Shown here piece after piece: positions 1 to 9,434 of a stretch of DNA of 32,000 nucleotides. The stretch covers positions 1,770,001-1,802,000 of the forward strand of contig NC_007335.2 of assembly GCF_000012465.1 (NCBI RefSeq), written 5' to 3'. The stretch is from Prochlorococcus marinus str. NATL2A. GTDB lineage: Bacteria > Cyanobacteriota > Cyanobacteriia > PCC-6307 > Cyanobiaceae. How positions within the stretch are numbered: the first letter of the stretch is position 1; each line of letters opens with the position of its first letter. The notes beneath the pieces were generated by a model that was not told the origin of the DNA, searched no databases, and saw only the letters and a list, made by a program, of their open reading frames with translations. The position numbers and the translations under genes were made by a program.

Positions 1-843
1 GATAACAATGTCAATGGTACTCATAATCTCCTTGCCGCAATTGTTGAATCTCAATTAGATATTCACATTGTTCATCTTGGGACAATGGGAGTTTATGGCT
101 ATGGATCTCATAGAGGCGCGACCATTCCTGAAGGTTACTTAAAAGTGGAAGTACCCCAACCAGATGGCAGTCGTTTTGAAGAAGAAATCCTTCATCCAGC
201 AAGTCCTGGCAGCGTTTATCACATGACAAAAACGCTTGATCAATTGCTCTTTCTTTACTACAACAAAAATGACCAGATCAGAATCACTGATCTTCATCAA
301 GGAATCGTATGGGGAACGAATACTGATGTCACAAGTCGTGACCCAAGATTGACTAATAGATTTGACTATGACGGTGATTATGGAACAGTGTTAAATCGAT
401 TTTTAATGCAGGCGGCCATTGGATACCCATTAACTGTTCATGGTACTGGTGGACAAACAAGAGCTTTTATACATATTCAAGATTCAGTAAAATGTGTTCA
501 ATTGGCACTCGAGAACCCTCCTGAGAAAGGTGAAAGGGTGAAAATTTTCAACCAAATGACGGAAAGTCACCAAGTTGGGGAATTAGCTAAAAAAGTAGCC
601 TCTCTCACTGGAGCAAAAATTAATTATCTGCCAAACCCAAGAAACGAAGCGGTTGAAAATGATTTGATAGTTGATAATCGATGTTTTATTGAGCTTGGAT
701 TAGATCCGACAACTCTCGATAATGGACTTTTAGAAGAAGTGGTTAATGTCGCGAAAAAATTCTCCAATCGCTGTGATTTAAAACGAATACCTTGTGTATC
801 TGCATGGACATCAACCCAAGCAAAAGCAATCCATAAATCCTAA
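1..843 (+). CDS. sqdB: UDP-sulfoquinovose synthase, C-terminal part (5' end lies upstream of the window)
   Basis: Frame 1 is open from base 1 (DNNVNGTHNLLAAIVESQLDIHIVHLGTMGVYGY...) and runs into the listed ORF 85..843. It has the SDR-type YxxxK motif (SVYHMTK). It is followed by sqdX, as in cyanobacterial sulfolipid loci. Confidence 0.9.
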   Translation, partial: DNNVNGTHNLLAAIVESQLDIHIVHLGTMGVYGYGSHRGATIPEGYLKVEVPQPDGSRFEEEILHPASPGSVYHMTKTLDQLLFLYYNKNDQIRITDLHQGIVWGTNTDVTSRDPRLTNRFDYDGDYGTVLNRFLMQAAIGYPLTVHGTGGQTRAFIHIQDSVKCVQLALENPPEKGERVKIFNQMTESHQVGELAKKVASLTGAKINYLPNPRNEAVENDLIVDNRCFIELGLDPTTLDNGLLEEVVNVAKKFSNRCDLKRIPCVSAWTSTQAKAIHKS

Positions 844-879
844 ACCTAACTAGTACAAAATCTTGAAAAGACACGCTCA

Positions 880-2028
880 GTGAAAATAGCTTTCTTTACA
901 GAAACTTTCCTACCCAAAGTTGATGGAATAGTCACTCGTTTAACTAAAACAATTCAAAATCTAGTTGCATCTGGTGATGAAGTAACCGTTTTTTGTCCAG
1001 AAGGCTGTCCATCAAGCTATATGGGTGCAAAAGTTGTAGGTGTCCCTGCGATGCCATTACCTTTATATCCAGAACTCAAGCTAGGACTCCCTGGCCCAGG
1101 TGTTTCAGATGAATTAGAAAACTTTAAACCTGACTTAATACATGTCGTCAACCCTGCGGTGCTTGGATTGGGTGGTATTTGGCTAGCCAAAACAAACAAT
1201 ATCCCCCTTGTAGCCAGTTACCACACTCATTTACCAAAGTATTTAGAACACTATGGAATGGGAATGTTAGAGCCGCTTTTATGGGAATTGTTAAAAGCGG
1301 CTCATAATCAAGCAACTCTAAATCTGTGTACTTCCACTGCAATGGTGCAAGAACTCTCAGAAAAAGGAATTCAAAATACCGCTTTATGGCAAAGAGGAGT
1401 GGATACAGATATTTTCAAACCAGAACTCAGAGACGAAGAAATGAGAAAGCGTCTGTTAGGAAGTTTTAGCGATGAAGGATCTCTATTGATATATGTGGGA
1501 AGACTCTCAGCAGAAAAACAAATTGAAAGAATTAAACCTGTACTTGAAGCACTTCCAAGCACTCGACTAGCTCTTGTTGGAGATGGCCCATATAGACAAC
1601 AATTAGAAAAAATTTTCCAAGGAACTTCAACTACCTTTGTGGGATATTTAAGTGGGAATGAACTAGCAAGTGCTTATGCATCCGGTGATGCCTTTTTATT
1701 CCCCTCAAGCACAGAGACCCTGGGATTAGTTCTGTTGGAGGCAATGGCTGCTGGATGCCCAGTCGTAGGAGCGAATAAAGGTGGAATACCAGATATAATT
1801 TCAGATGGCGAAAATGGATGTTTATACAATCCTGATGGAGAAAATGATGGGGCTTTAAGTTTAATTGAAGCTACAAAAAAATTATTGGGCAACGAAATAG
1901 AACGCACATCTATGAGAAAAGCAGCTCGTTCAGAAGCTGAGAGATGGGGATGGGCAGGCGCTACAAAACAATTGAAAAGTTATTACGAAGACGTGCTAGA
2001 CAAAAAACGATCAAATATTGCTGCTTAG
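880..2028 (+). CDS. sqdX: Sulfoquinovosyl-diacylglycerol synthase, a GT4-family glycosyltransferase
   Basis: 382-aa ORF with a GTG start. It has GT-B/GT4 hallmarks (KIAFFTETFLPKVDGI N-terminus; E-x7-E region ETLGLVLLEAMAAGCPVV). It lies 36 nt downstream of sqdB. Confidence 0.88.
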   Translation: MKIAFFTETFLPKVDGIVTRLTKTIQNLVASGDEVTVFCPEGCPSSYMGAKVVGVPAMPLPLYPELKLGLPGPGVSDELENFKPDLIHVVNPAVLGLGGIWLAKTNNIPLVASYHTHLPKYLEHYGMGMLEPLLWELLKAAHNQATLNLCTSTAMVQELSEKGIQNTALWQRGVDTDIFKPELRDEEMRKRLLGSFSDEGSLLIYVGRLSAEKQIERIKPVLEALPSTRLALVGDGPYRQQLEKIFQGTSTTFVGYLSGNELASAYASGDAFLFPSSTETLGLVLLEAMAAGCPVVGANKGGIPDIISDGENGCLYNPDGENDGALSLIEATKKLLGNEIERTSMRKAARSEAERWGWAGATKQLKSYYEDVLDKKRSNIAA

Positions 2029-2031
2029 TTT

Positions 2032-2292
2032 TTACGCAGCATGAGGAGGTGGAGTGGGAGAATCAAATGATTGCATTGGTAATACCAACGTCGCCCATGG
2101 AGAAAGTTTTGCTGGCCTTTGTTTCTTAGGCTGACGAACCCCAAATGGGACTCGAACGACATTCGTGCCAGCAACTTGTAAAAGTTCTCCTTTAGTTAAA
2201 ACAGATTCAACGCAATTAGAAAAAGAAGGCAAGGACAAATCATCCTTTTTATTCATTTGATCTGGAAGATCAAAAGATGTCTTTTTGTTCAT
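2032..2292 (-). CDS. Hypothetical 86-aa protein with no recognisable family
   Basis: It is the only sizeable ORF in the 390-nt gap between sqdX and gcvP. It has an ATG start preceded by a GGGGA purine patch. I recognise no motif, and its 3' end abuts the sqdX stop. Confidence 0.35.
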   Translation of the reverse strand: MNKKTSFDLPDQMNKKDDLSLPSFSNCVESVLTKGELLQVAGTNVVRVPFGVRQPKKQRPAKLSPWATLVLPMQSFDSPTPPPHAA

Positions 2293-2340
2293 TTAGTCCC
2301 CATATAATTTAAGGCTGAGGCAAAGATTAAAAGAAAAAAT

Positions 2341-2375
2341 TGCAAAACAACCCAAAAATAACCAATAATTTGGTT
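2341..2375 (-). terminator. Candidate intrinsic terminator downstream of gcvP
   Basis: On the minus strand there is a hairpin AACCAA-AUUA-UUGGUU (plus coordinates 2360..2375) followed by AUUUUUGGGUUGUUUUGCA. It sits 43 nt after the gcvP stop. The stem is short and AT-rich, so the call is weak. Confidence 0.35.
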
Positions 2376-2417
2376 TTCGATTGAAACTTAACTAAGAAAA
2401 TAAGTTTTAACCAGTCT

Positions 2418-5324
2418 TCAAACAGAATTAATATCTTCTAAATCTTGAACTGAAGGACAACTACAAATCAAATTCCTGTCTCCATAAGCATTATTAATAC
2501 GTGAAACTGATGGCCAAAATTTATATTTTTCTTGATCAGGCAATGGATAAGCAGCTTCTTTACGAGAATAAGGTCTATCCCAATCATCCGAGGTAACTGT
2601 TTTTAAAGTATGTGGAGATTGTTTTAAAGGATTATTTATTGGATCAATCTTTCCTAATTTTATTTGTTCAATTTCTTCTCGTATTCCTATCATCGCGTCA
2701 CAAAAACGATCTAATTCAGGCAAACTTTCACTCTCTGTTGGTTCAACCATCAAAGTTCCAGCAACAGGCCAACTTATTGTTGGTGCATGAAATCCATAAT
2801 CCATCAATCTCTTGGCAACATCCTCTACTTCTATGCCTAACTGACTCTTTAATGGTCGTAAATCTAATATGCATTCATGAGCTACTAGCCCATTGGGATC
2901 TTTAAATAAAACTGGATAATAAGGATCAAGTCTTTTTGCTAAATAATTAGCAGAGAGAATTGCTATAGAACTCGCTTTGCGTAACCCATCGCTACCCATC
3001 ATTCGGATGTACATCCAACTGATGGGCAATATTCCAGCGCTACCAAATGGAGCTGCAGATACTGCCGAAATAGCCTTTTGGCCTCCGCACTTGATAATTG
3101 AATGTCCAGGCAGATAAGGAACCAAATGATCTGCTACAGCTATAGGACCTACTCCGGGGCCGCCTCCACCATGAGGAATGGAAAAAGTTTTATGAAGATT
3201 TAAATGGCACACATCTATTCCATAAGATCCAGGCCTGCAAATACCTACCTGAGCATTCAAATTTGCTCCATCCAAATAGACCTGACCACCCTCTTGATGA
3301 ATGACTTGGCACATTTCACGGATATTTGGCTCAAATACTCCATGAGTTGATGGGTAGGTAACCATCAATGCAGCCAAATTCTTTGAATGAATTTTTGATT
3401 TATTCTTTAAGTCTTCTAAATCAACATTGCCATATTCATCACATTTAACAGAAACAACTTTAAAGCCAGACATTACCGCACTAGCTGGATTGGTACCGTG
3501 AGCACTTGTTGGAATCAAGCAAATATTCCTATGGCCCTCTCCCAGAGACTGATGCCATGAACGTATTACAAGCAAACCAGCAAATTCTCCTTGAGAACCT
3601 GCATTTGGCTGAAGAGAAACTCCCTGAAAGCCTGTTAAAGCAGACAGCCAATTTTCAAGGTCGTTAATTATTTCGTGGAATCCAGTTAATTGAGTATGAG
3701 GAGCAAAAGGATGAATAGAGGAAAACTCTCTCCATTCAATGGGTAAAAGTTCCGCAGCTGCATTCAATTTCATTGTGCAACTCCCAAGAGGAATCATTCC
3801 TTGAACTAAAGAAAAATCTTTCGATACTAAGCAATGTATGTATCTCATTAAATCAGTCTCACTTTGATATTGATTAAATACCGATTGTTCAAGCCAAGAT
3901 TTTTCTCGGAGTGGAATATCAATTAGTGAAGCATTCTCAAAAATAAAATTGGAAAGATCATGAGTTTTTTTTCCTTTAACTTGTGCAAGTATTTGATGCA
4001 ATTTATAAATTTCTTCATCACATGTTAATTCATCAAAAGTCACACCAAAACCCTTAGCATTTTCAAAATCTGATCCGATAGGAAGAACTCTTAAGTTATA
4101 TCCTTCTTCAGACGCTAGCTGAATAACTTCCGATGCTTCTGAACAATAAACATCAACACTGTCAAATGCTGAATATTTTTCTATAGGGTATTCTAAATTC
4201 ATTAATATGGATTCAAAATTTGATCTATATTTGACCACATTTTCTGCTATTTGCTTAAGACCTTTTGGGCCGTGATGTACTGCATAAAAAGAAGAAAGAA
4301 CAGCTAGTAAAACTTGAGCTGTGCAAATATTACTTGTTGCTTTATCTCTTCGAATATGTTGCTCTCTAGTTTGAAGTGCAAGCCTCAATGCTTGATTTCC
4401 TTCTACGTCAACTGATTGCCCAACTATCCTTCCGGGTATTTGTCTTTTATATATTTCTTTAGTTGCAAAAAAAGCGGCATGTGGTCCACCAAAAGCAATT
4501 GGAACTCCAAATCTTTGTGCACTTCCAACTACAATATCTGCACCAAATTCGCCCATAGGTTTAATCAAAACTTGAGCTAAAGGATCAATTGCAATGGTCA
4601 CAATTGCATTACATTTATGTGCGTCATTAATTATTTTGGTTGGGTCCCAAATACGACCATTTTTTCCTGGTAACTGAATAAGAATTCCAAAAACATTTTT
4701 ATCGATTTCAAAATTATTGTTATCAAACATCTCAAGGGAAATGCCTAGCGGTTCGCATCGGGTTTTTAATACATCAAGTGTTTGAGGCAAAATTTCTTGA
4801 TCTACTAAAAACTTATTAGCATTTTTATTTTTTCTAACAGTCAAACTCAAACTAATTGCCTCAGCTGCCGCAGTGGCTTCATCAAGTAAAGACGCATTTG
4901 ATATGGGTAAGCCTGTTAATTCACTTATTAACGTCTGAAAATTAAATAAAGCTTCTAATCTGCCTTGAGATATTTCTGCTTGATAAGGAGTATAAGCTGT
5001 ATACCAATTAGGATTTTCTAGAACATTTCTTTGTATAACTGGAGGTATAACAGTCGAATGATAACCCAGACCAATCAGCGAACGATGTTCAACATTTTTC
5101 TTTGAAATTATATTGATTTCTGTTAACGCTTTATTTTGATCACACCCATCTGGGATAGAAACACCATTGTTTTCTGAATCAAATATTTCATTGGGAATGA
5201 CAGAAGATATAAATTCTTCCGCATTCTCATAACCAAGATGTTGAAGCATTAAAGCTTCATCTTCGTTAGTTGGACCTATATGGCGAGACTTAAAAGTGAA
5301 ATCCTTTAATTCTGCTTTTGACAT
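2418..5324 (-). CDS. gcvP: Glycine dehydrogenase (decarboxylating), glycine cleavage P protein, single-chain form
   Basis: Roughly 970-aa ORF. It has the PLP-lysine region [18 protein letters not shown] and is P-protein-like along its full length. I prefer the ATG at 5324 (MSKAELKDF...). The ORF track extends to a TTG at 5348. Confidence 0.95.
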   Translation of the reverse strand: MSKAELKDFTFKSRHIGPTNEDEALMLQHLGYENAEEFISSVIPNEIFDSENNGVSIPDGCDQNKALTEINIISKKNVEHRSLIGLGYHSTVIPPVIQRNVLENPNWYTAYTPYQAEISQGRLEALFNFQTLISELTGLPISNASLLDEATAAAEAISLSLTVRKNKNANKFLVDQEILPQTLDVLKTRCEPLGISLEMFDNNNFEIDKNVFGILIQLPGKNGRIWDPTKIINDAHKCNAIVTIAIDPLAQVLIKPMGEFGADIVVGSAQRFGVPIAFGGPHAAFFATKEIYKRQIPGRIVGQSVDVEGNQALRLALQTREQHIRRDKATSNICTAQVLLAVLSSFYAVHHGPKGLKQIAENVVKYRSNFESILMNLEYPIEKYSAFDSVDVYCSEASEVIQLASEEGYNLRVLPIGSDFENAKGFGVTFDELTCDEEIYKLHQILAQVKGKKTHDLSNFIFENASLIDIPLREKSWLEQSVFNQYQSETDLMRYIHCLVSKDFSLVQGMIPLGSCTMKLNAAAELLPIEWREFSSIHPFAPHTQLTGFHEIINDLENWLSALTGFQGVSLQPNAGSQGEFAGLLVIRSWHQSLGEGHRNICLIPTSAHGTNPASAVMSGFKVVSVKCDEYGNVDLEDLKNKSKIHSKNLAALMVTYPSTHGVFEPNIREMCQVIHQEGGQVYLDGANLNAQVGICRPGSYGIDVCHLNLHKTFSIPHGGGGPGVGPIAVADHLVPYLPGHSIIKCGGQKAISAVSAAPFGSAGILPISWMYIRMMGSDGLRKASSIAILSANYLAKRLDPYYPVLFKDPNGLVAHECILDLRPLKSQLGIEVEDVAKRLMDYGFHAPTISWPVAGTLMVEPTESESLPELDRFCDAMIGIREEIEQIKLGKIDPINNPLKQSPHTLKTVTSDDWDRPYSRKEAAYPLPDQEKYKFWPSVSRINNAYGDRNLICSCPSVQDLEDINSV

Positions 5325-5425
5325 GAGCTTGTTCTCAAGCACAAGCAAATTAAGTTATTGGAGAGAGAGCCAGTGTAGAGAAAAATTTTCCAATTTGTTG
5401 TAAGAAAAAATTATTCAGCAGGATT

Positions 5426-5812
5426 TTATGCAGAGATTTTCTTTGAATAAGTTTCAGAGTCCATAAGCTCTTTTAGTTGAGCAGGGTTATCAGGACGAAT
5501 TATTAATAACCATCCTTCGCCATGAGGATCATTTTGAAGTTCCTCTGGGCTTGCTAAAACAGAATTGTTTCTATGAACAATCTCTCCGCTCACTGGAGCA
5601 TACATATCCTCAACAGCCTTTACTGATTCGACTGATCCAAAGCTCTCTCCTTTGGCTATTGCAGTGCCTTCCTCTGGAAGATCAACAAAAACAATGTCTC
5701 CTAACTGATCTACTGCAAATTCACTGATGCCAATTCGAACTAAAGAATCATCTGCAAAAGCATATTCATGACTGTCAGCAAAACGAAAATGATCTGGAAA
5801 GGAAAAAGCCAT
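5426..5812 (-). CDS. gcvH: Glycine cleavage system H protein (lipoyl carrier)
   Basis: 128 aa with the lipoyl-lysine motif SVESVKAVEDMYAPVSGE. It lies 77 nt upstream of gcvP on the same strand. Confidence 0.95.
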   Translation of the reverse strand: MAFSFPDHFRFADSHEYAFADDSLVRIGISEFAVDQLGDIVFVDLPEEGTAIAKGESFGSVESVKAVEDMYAPVSGEIVHRNNSVLASPEELQNDPHGEGWLLIIRPDNPAQLKELMDSETYSKKISA

Positions 5813-5832
5813 TGCGTCAAAACGAAAAACGC

Positions 5833-7098
5833 TTAATCATTCTGGGGTAATTTGATCAATCCTGCCTGAAATAAATTGGATAATGCATGAATCAAAGCAA
5901 TTTTGACATGAGCGCGATGAGATCCTCCTTGAATAAATAGATCAAATGGAGGTTTCATAGGAGCATCAGCAGAAAATTCACTCGTACTACCATCTACAAA
6001 AGTTCCTCCAGCCATGACTAAATTATTTTCATACCCTGGCATTGGAGCAGGAATTGGATCGAGAAAAGATCCAATAGGTGATTTTTCTTGAAAAGACCTA
6101 CAAATAATTTGTAAGATTTTTGGATCGCCGATTCTGACTATTTGGATCAAATCAGTTCGCTTAGAAGCAGGAGTTGGCAATACTTTAAATCCCAATTCGC
6201 TAAATGAAGTGGAAATAATTTCAGCCCCTATTAATGCCTCTGAGACCATTTGAGGCGCCAGAAAAAGTCCTTGTAAAATTGTTCTATTTAAGTCAAAAGT
6301 AATACCGCCCTCAGATCCAATGCCTGGAGCAGTCAAGCGACAACATGCTTTATCAACTAAATCAGCTTTCCCCGCAATATATCCACCAGTAGGAACAATA
6401 GTTCCACCTAAATTTTTTATTAAAGAACCTGCAATCAAATCTGCCCCTACTGACGTTGGTTCATTCGTTTCGACAAATTCTCCATAACAATTATCAACAA
6501 AACAAATACAATTAGGCTGGATTTTATGACATAAATAACAAATCTCTTTAATAACCTCAATACTCAAAGATGGGCGCCATGTATAACCGCAACTACGCTG
6601 TATAAATATTAATTTTCTAGGTATTTTTAAAGCTTTCTCCAAAGCTAAAAAGTCTATATTTCCATCATCTTTCAAAGATATTTCTTCATAAGCAATACCA
6701 AACTCAATTAAGGATCCTTTACCATTCCCCCGCAATCCAATAACTTCTTCAAGTGATTCATAAGGCCTTCCAGTAACAGATAATAAGCCATCACCTGGCC
6801 TTAAGACTCCAAACAAAGAAGATGTAATAGCATGAGTTCCGCTGACAAGCTGAAGCCTTACCGCTGCTTTTTCAGCATCTAAAACATTTGCAAAAATTTT
6901 ATCAATTATGTCTCTCCCTAAATCTCCATGTCCATAACCTGTTAAAGATGCAAAATGTTGTACATTTAGATGAGAATCAGAAAAAGCCTTTAATACTTTT
7001 TCTAACTTAAATGTTATGCTATCAGTCTTTTCTTTAATCGATAGATATAATTTCTTTTCTATATTTTCAACAAAATTTTTAGCAGAATTTTTTAACAT
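5833..7098 (-). CDS. PLP-dependent enzyme of the Met-gamma-lyase / 'aluminium resistance protein' (YnbB-like) family
   Basis: 421 aa. The segment GYGHGDLGRDIIDKIFANVLDAEKAAVRLQLVSGTHAITSSLFGVLRPGDGLLSVTGRPYESLEEVIG matches my memory of the conserved N-terminal core of this family. Its stop is 20 nt upstream of the gcvH start. Confidence 0.8.
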   Translation of the reverse strand: MLKNSAKNFVENIEKKLYLSIKEKTDSITFKLEKVLKAFSDSHLNVQHFASLTGYGHGDLGRDIIDKIFANVLDAEKAAVRLQLVSGTHAITSSLFGVLRPGDGLLSVTGRPYESLEEVIGLRGNGKGSLIEFGIAYEEISLKDDGNIDFLALEKALKIPRKLIFIQRSCGYTWRPSLSIEVIKEICYLCHKIQPNCICFVDNCYGEFVETNEPTSVGADLIAGSLIKNLGGTIVPTGGYIAGKADLVDKACCRLTAPGIGSEGGITFDLNRTILQGLFLAPQMVSEALIGAEIISTSFSELGFKVLPTPASKRTDLIQIVRIGDPKILQIICRSFQEKSPIGSFLDPIPAPMPGYENNLVMAGGTFVDGSTSEFSADAPMKPPFDLFIQGGSHRAHVKIALIHALSNLFQAGLIKLPQND

Positions 7099-7132
7099 AT
7101 TGTTTTTTAAGCTTCAATAAATTTTAAATCAA

Positions 7133-7867
7133 TTAATCGGAAAAAATAATCTCTAATTTTTCTTGATCTTTAAGTAATAAGCCTTTTTGGCGAAGATTTT
7201 CTAAAAAGTCATCTGCACCTTGCAAGTTAGTTGTATTTAACAATTTATTTGTTGCGTGTAAATCTAATAATTCACCATCAAGCTCCTCAGCTGTGTAATC
7301 CCTTAAACCCGCCATAACTGCTTCAAATCTTTCTCTTCGTTGCTTTTTGCTTACAGGATATGCTGACATGACTTGCTCTCTACACATTCTCCAAGACCTT
7401 CCTTTACATAAATAGTCCGCCAAAGCAGCACTAAGCTCAGGAGCCTCAGCCTCCTCAATGAACCAATCAAAAGAGGAAGGCAAAGACGCTAATCCAACAA
7501 AAATCTCAAAAAAATCACCAGCAGAAAGTGGATTATTGTCATTTCCGTCAACAGCAATAGCTGATTCTTGAAGCGATCTAAGCAGCTCAGGATGAACGTT
7601 AACTATTTGACTTTCTATATTTTCTAACCCTCGCGAAAGTACTTGATTAACCTTACCCAACGCAAAAAATACTTCAGGACTTGGAGATACAAGTTTTCCA
7701 TTTCGTAGATTTGAGATTTGGGAACTATGAACTCTACCTAGATCCAAACTTTCAGCCAAAGCAGGAAGAACTTTATGAGACCAGCCATTACGCTCATGCC
7801 ATACATGCACTAGATGAGCCATAGCCCTTCTGCCTGCAGTTAATTGATCCCGAAAACTAGAGGTCAC
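7133..7867 (-). CDS. Conserved hypothetical protein with an N-terminal XRE/Cro-like helix-turn-helix
   Basis: 244-aa ORF. Residues ~25-75 (ERNGWSHKVLPALAESLDLGRVHSSQISNLRNGKLVSPSPEVFFALGKV) resemble the HTH_3 pattern (...S..tiS.iE.Gk..P....l..l...). The start is ambiguous: GTG at 7867 or ATG at 7822. Confidence 0.7.
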   Translation of the reverse strand: MTSSFRDQLTAGRRAMAHLVHVWHERNGWSHKVLPALAESLDLGRVHSSQISNLRNGKLVSPSPEVFFALGKVNQVLSRGLENIESQIVNVHPELLRSLQESAIAVDGNDNNPLSAGDFFEIFVGLASLPSSFDWFIEEAEAPELSAALADYLCKGRSWRMCREQVMSAYPVSKKQRRERFEAVMAGLRDYTAEELDGELLDLHATNKLLNTTNLQGADDFLENLRQKGLLLKDQEKLEIIFSD

Positions 7868-7913
7868 AAATCACATTCAAGATTGATAGATAGACCTGAT
7901 TAGGATCCTTATC

Positions 7914-7926
7914 GTATATTATATAC
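7914..7926. promoter_or_regulatory. 13-nt palindrome GTATAT-T-ATATAC in the divergent promoter region, holding overlapping -10-like hexamers for both strands
   Basis: It reads TATATT/TATTAT on the plus strand (21-32 nt upstream of the desC ATG) and TATAAT on the minus strand (about 50 nt upstream of the 7867 start). It is a candidate -10 pair and/or an operator. Confidence 0.35.
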
Positions 7927-7946
7927 ACAACGTAGACAGATCACTA

Positions 7947-8876
7947 ATGGTTTCAAGTTTGATCGAAGCTTCGGCTCCATTAAAAAAACCAGTTGCTGCC
8001 GATAAAGCGATGGCTGCATCGAAGAAGCTTCAAGGCCATGTACCAAGGCGGATTCAGAATAAAAGGGCGAGAAAAAGATGGGGAACAGTCATATTCATGC
8101 TGACAATACATGCTTTAACCATATTTACTTTGCAAGCTCAATTTTGGAGCTGGCTTGCATTTTCTGGATTTATTTTCTTGTATTGGGTAACTGCTTGCTT
8201 GGGAGTAACGACAGGATATCATCGCCTTCTTTCACATCGTTCTTTTCAAGTTCCAAAATGGCTTGAAAGATTTTTTGCAACTTGTGGAGCATTAAGTTGC
8301 CAACATGGACCAATTGATTGGGTCGGTCTTCATAGGCATCATCATACTTTTTCCGATACTGAAGCTGATCATCATGACAGTAATAAGGGATTCTGGTGGA
8401 GTCACATGGGATGGATGTTTGAAGATGTACCTGCCATGAAAGCGGTACCAAGACTTTCTGGAGATTTAATCAAAGATCCATACTATCGGTTCTTAAATAA
8501 AAATTTTTTACTTTTGCAACTACCCTTAGGCGCAACACTTTATTTAATTGGACAATCAGCTGGAGTTGGAGGATGGGCAATGGTCCTATGGGGAATACCT
8601 CTAAGACTCGTTTTTGTTTATCACATAACTTGGCTAGTTAATTCAGCAACTCATTGTTGGGGAACTATTGCGTATGAGAGTGGGGATAATTCAAAAAATA
8701 ATAAATGGGTAGCAGCACTTACATTTGGTGAAGGATGGCACAATAATCATCATGCTTTCCCTAATTCAGCAAAGCATGGCCTTCAACGCAAACAAATAGA
8801 TCTAACTTGGCAACACATACGTTTTTTGAAAGCAATTGGCTTAGCTAAAAAAATTAGACTCCCTGTCGCGTCGTAA
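7947..8876 (+). CDS. desC: Acyl-lipid (delta-9 type) fatty acid desaturase
   Basis: 309 aa with three histidine boxes (HRLLSH, HRHHH, HNNHH) and membrane-spanning segments between them. Confidence 0.9.
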   Translation: MVSSLIEASAPLKKPVAADKAMAASKKLQGHVPRRIQNKRARKRWGTVIFMLTIHALTIFTLQAQFWSWLAFSGFIFLYWVTACLGVTTGYHRLLSHRSFQVPKWLERFFATCGALSCQHGPIDWVGLHRHHHTFSDTEADHHDSNKGFWWSHMGWMFEDVPAMKAVPRLSGDLIKDPYYRFLNKNFLLLQLPLGATLYLIGQSAGVGGWAMVLWGIPLRLVFVYHITWLVNSATHCWGTIAYESGDNSKNNKWVAALTFGEGWHNNHHAFPNSAKHGLQRKQIDLTWQHIRFLKAIGLAKKIRLPVAS

Positions 8877-8918
8877 TATAAATATCAATATTAAATAGCA
8901 TTTATTCATTTTCGATCC

Positions 8919-9377
8919 ATGGCTAAGAGAGTTCAAGTAGTTCTGAATGAAGACATAAAAAGTCTTGGTAATGATGGTGATCTTGTTGAGGTTGCTCCAG
9001 GTTTTGCAAGAAACTTCTTATTACCCAACAAAAAAGCGTTACCAGTTACTCCAACTGTTTTAAAACAAGTTGAGCACAGAAGAGCAAAACAAGCAGAAAA
9101 AGAAGCAGCTAAAAAGCAAGAGGCTATTGATTTCCAAACAGCTCTGACAACGATTGGCAGATTTACCGTCAAAAAACAAGTCGGTGAGGATGGAGTCTTA
9201 TTTGGAACAGTAACAAATGGAGATGTAGCAGAAGTTGTAAAAGAAGCTACTAAAAAAGACATAGATCGTAGAGACATATCTATCCCTGAAATACATGGAG
9301 TTGGTAAATATAAAGTGCAAATTAAGCTTCATAACGAAGTAAATGCTGAAATAAACCTTGAAGTTACAAGTTACTAA
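8919..9377 (+). CDS. rplI: 50S ribosomal protein L9
   Basis: 152 aa. The N-terminus [32 protein letters not shown] is typical of L9. It lies immediately upstream of dnaB, a common arrangement. Confidence 0.95.
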   Translation: MAKRVQVVLNEDIKSLGNDGDLVEVAPGFARNFLLPNKKALPVTPTVLKQVEHRRAKQAEKEAAKKQEAIDFQTALTTIGRFTVKKQVGEDGVLFGTVTNGDVAEVVKEATKKDIDRRDISIPEIHGVGKYKVQIKLHNEVNAEINLEVTSY

Positions 9378-9434
9378 TAGTTGCATCTTTGCCTGAACAA
9401 GCCAAAGTAGGTGTCCTTGTCCAAAAAGCGATAA

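Noticed and set aside
1944-2129. A 61-aa plus-strand ORF overlapping the end of sqdX, and the 11..229 minus-strand ORF inside sqdB.
   Set aside because: Both overlap confident genes, are out of frame, and have no motifs, so I consider them spurious.
7914-7926. The palindrome read as an NtcA site (GTA-N8-TAC).
   Set aside because: The spacing is GTA-N7-TAC, one nucleotide short of the NtcA consensus, so I do not call it an NtcA box. I keep it only as a generic palindrome and -10 element.
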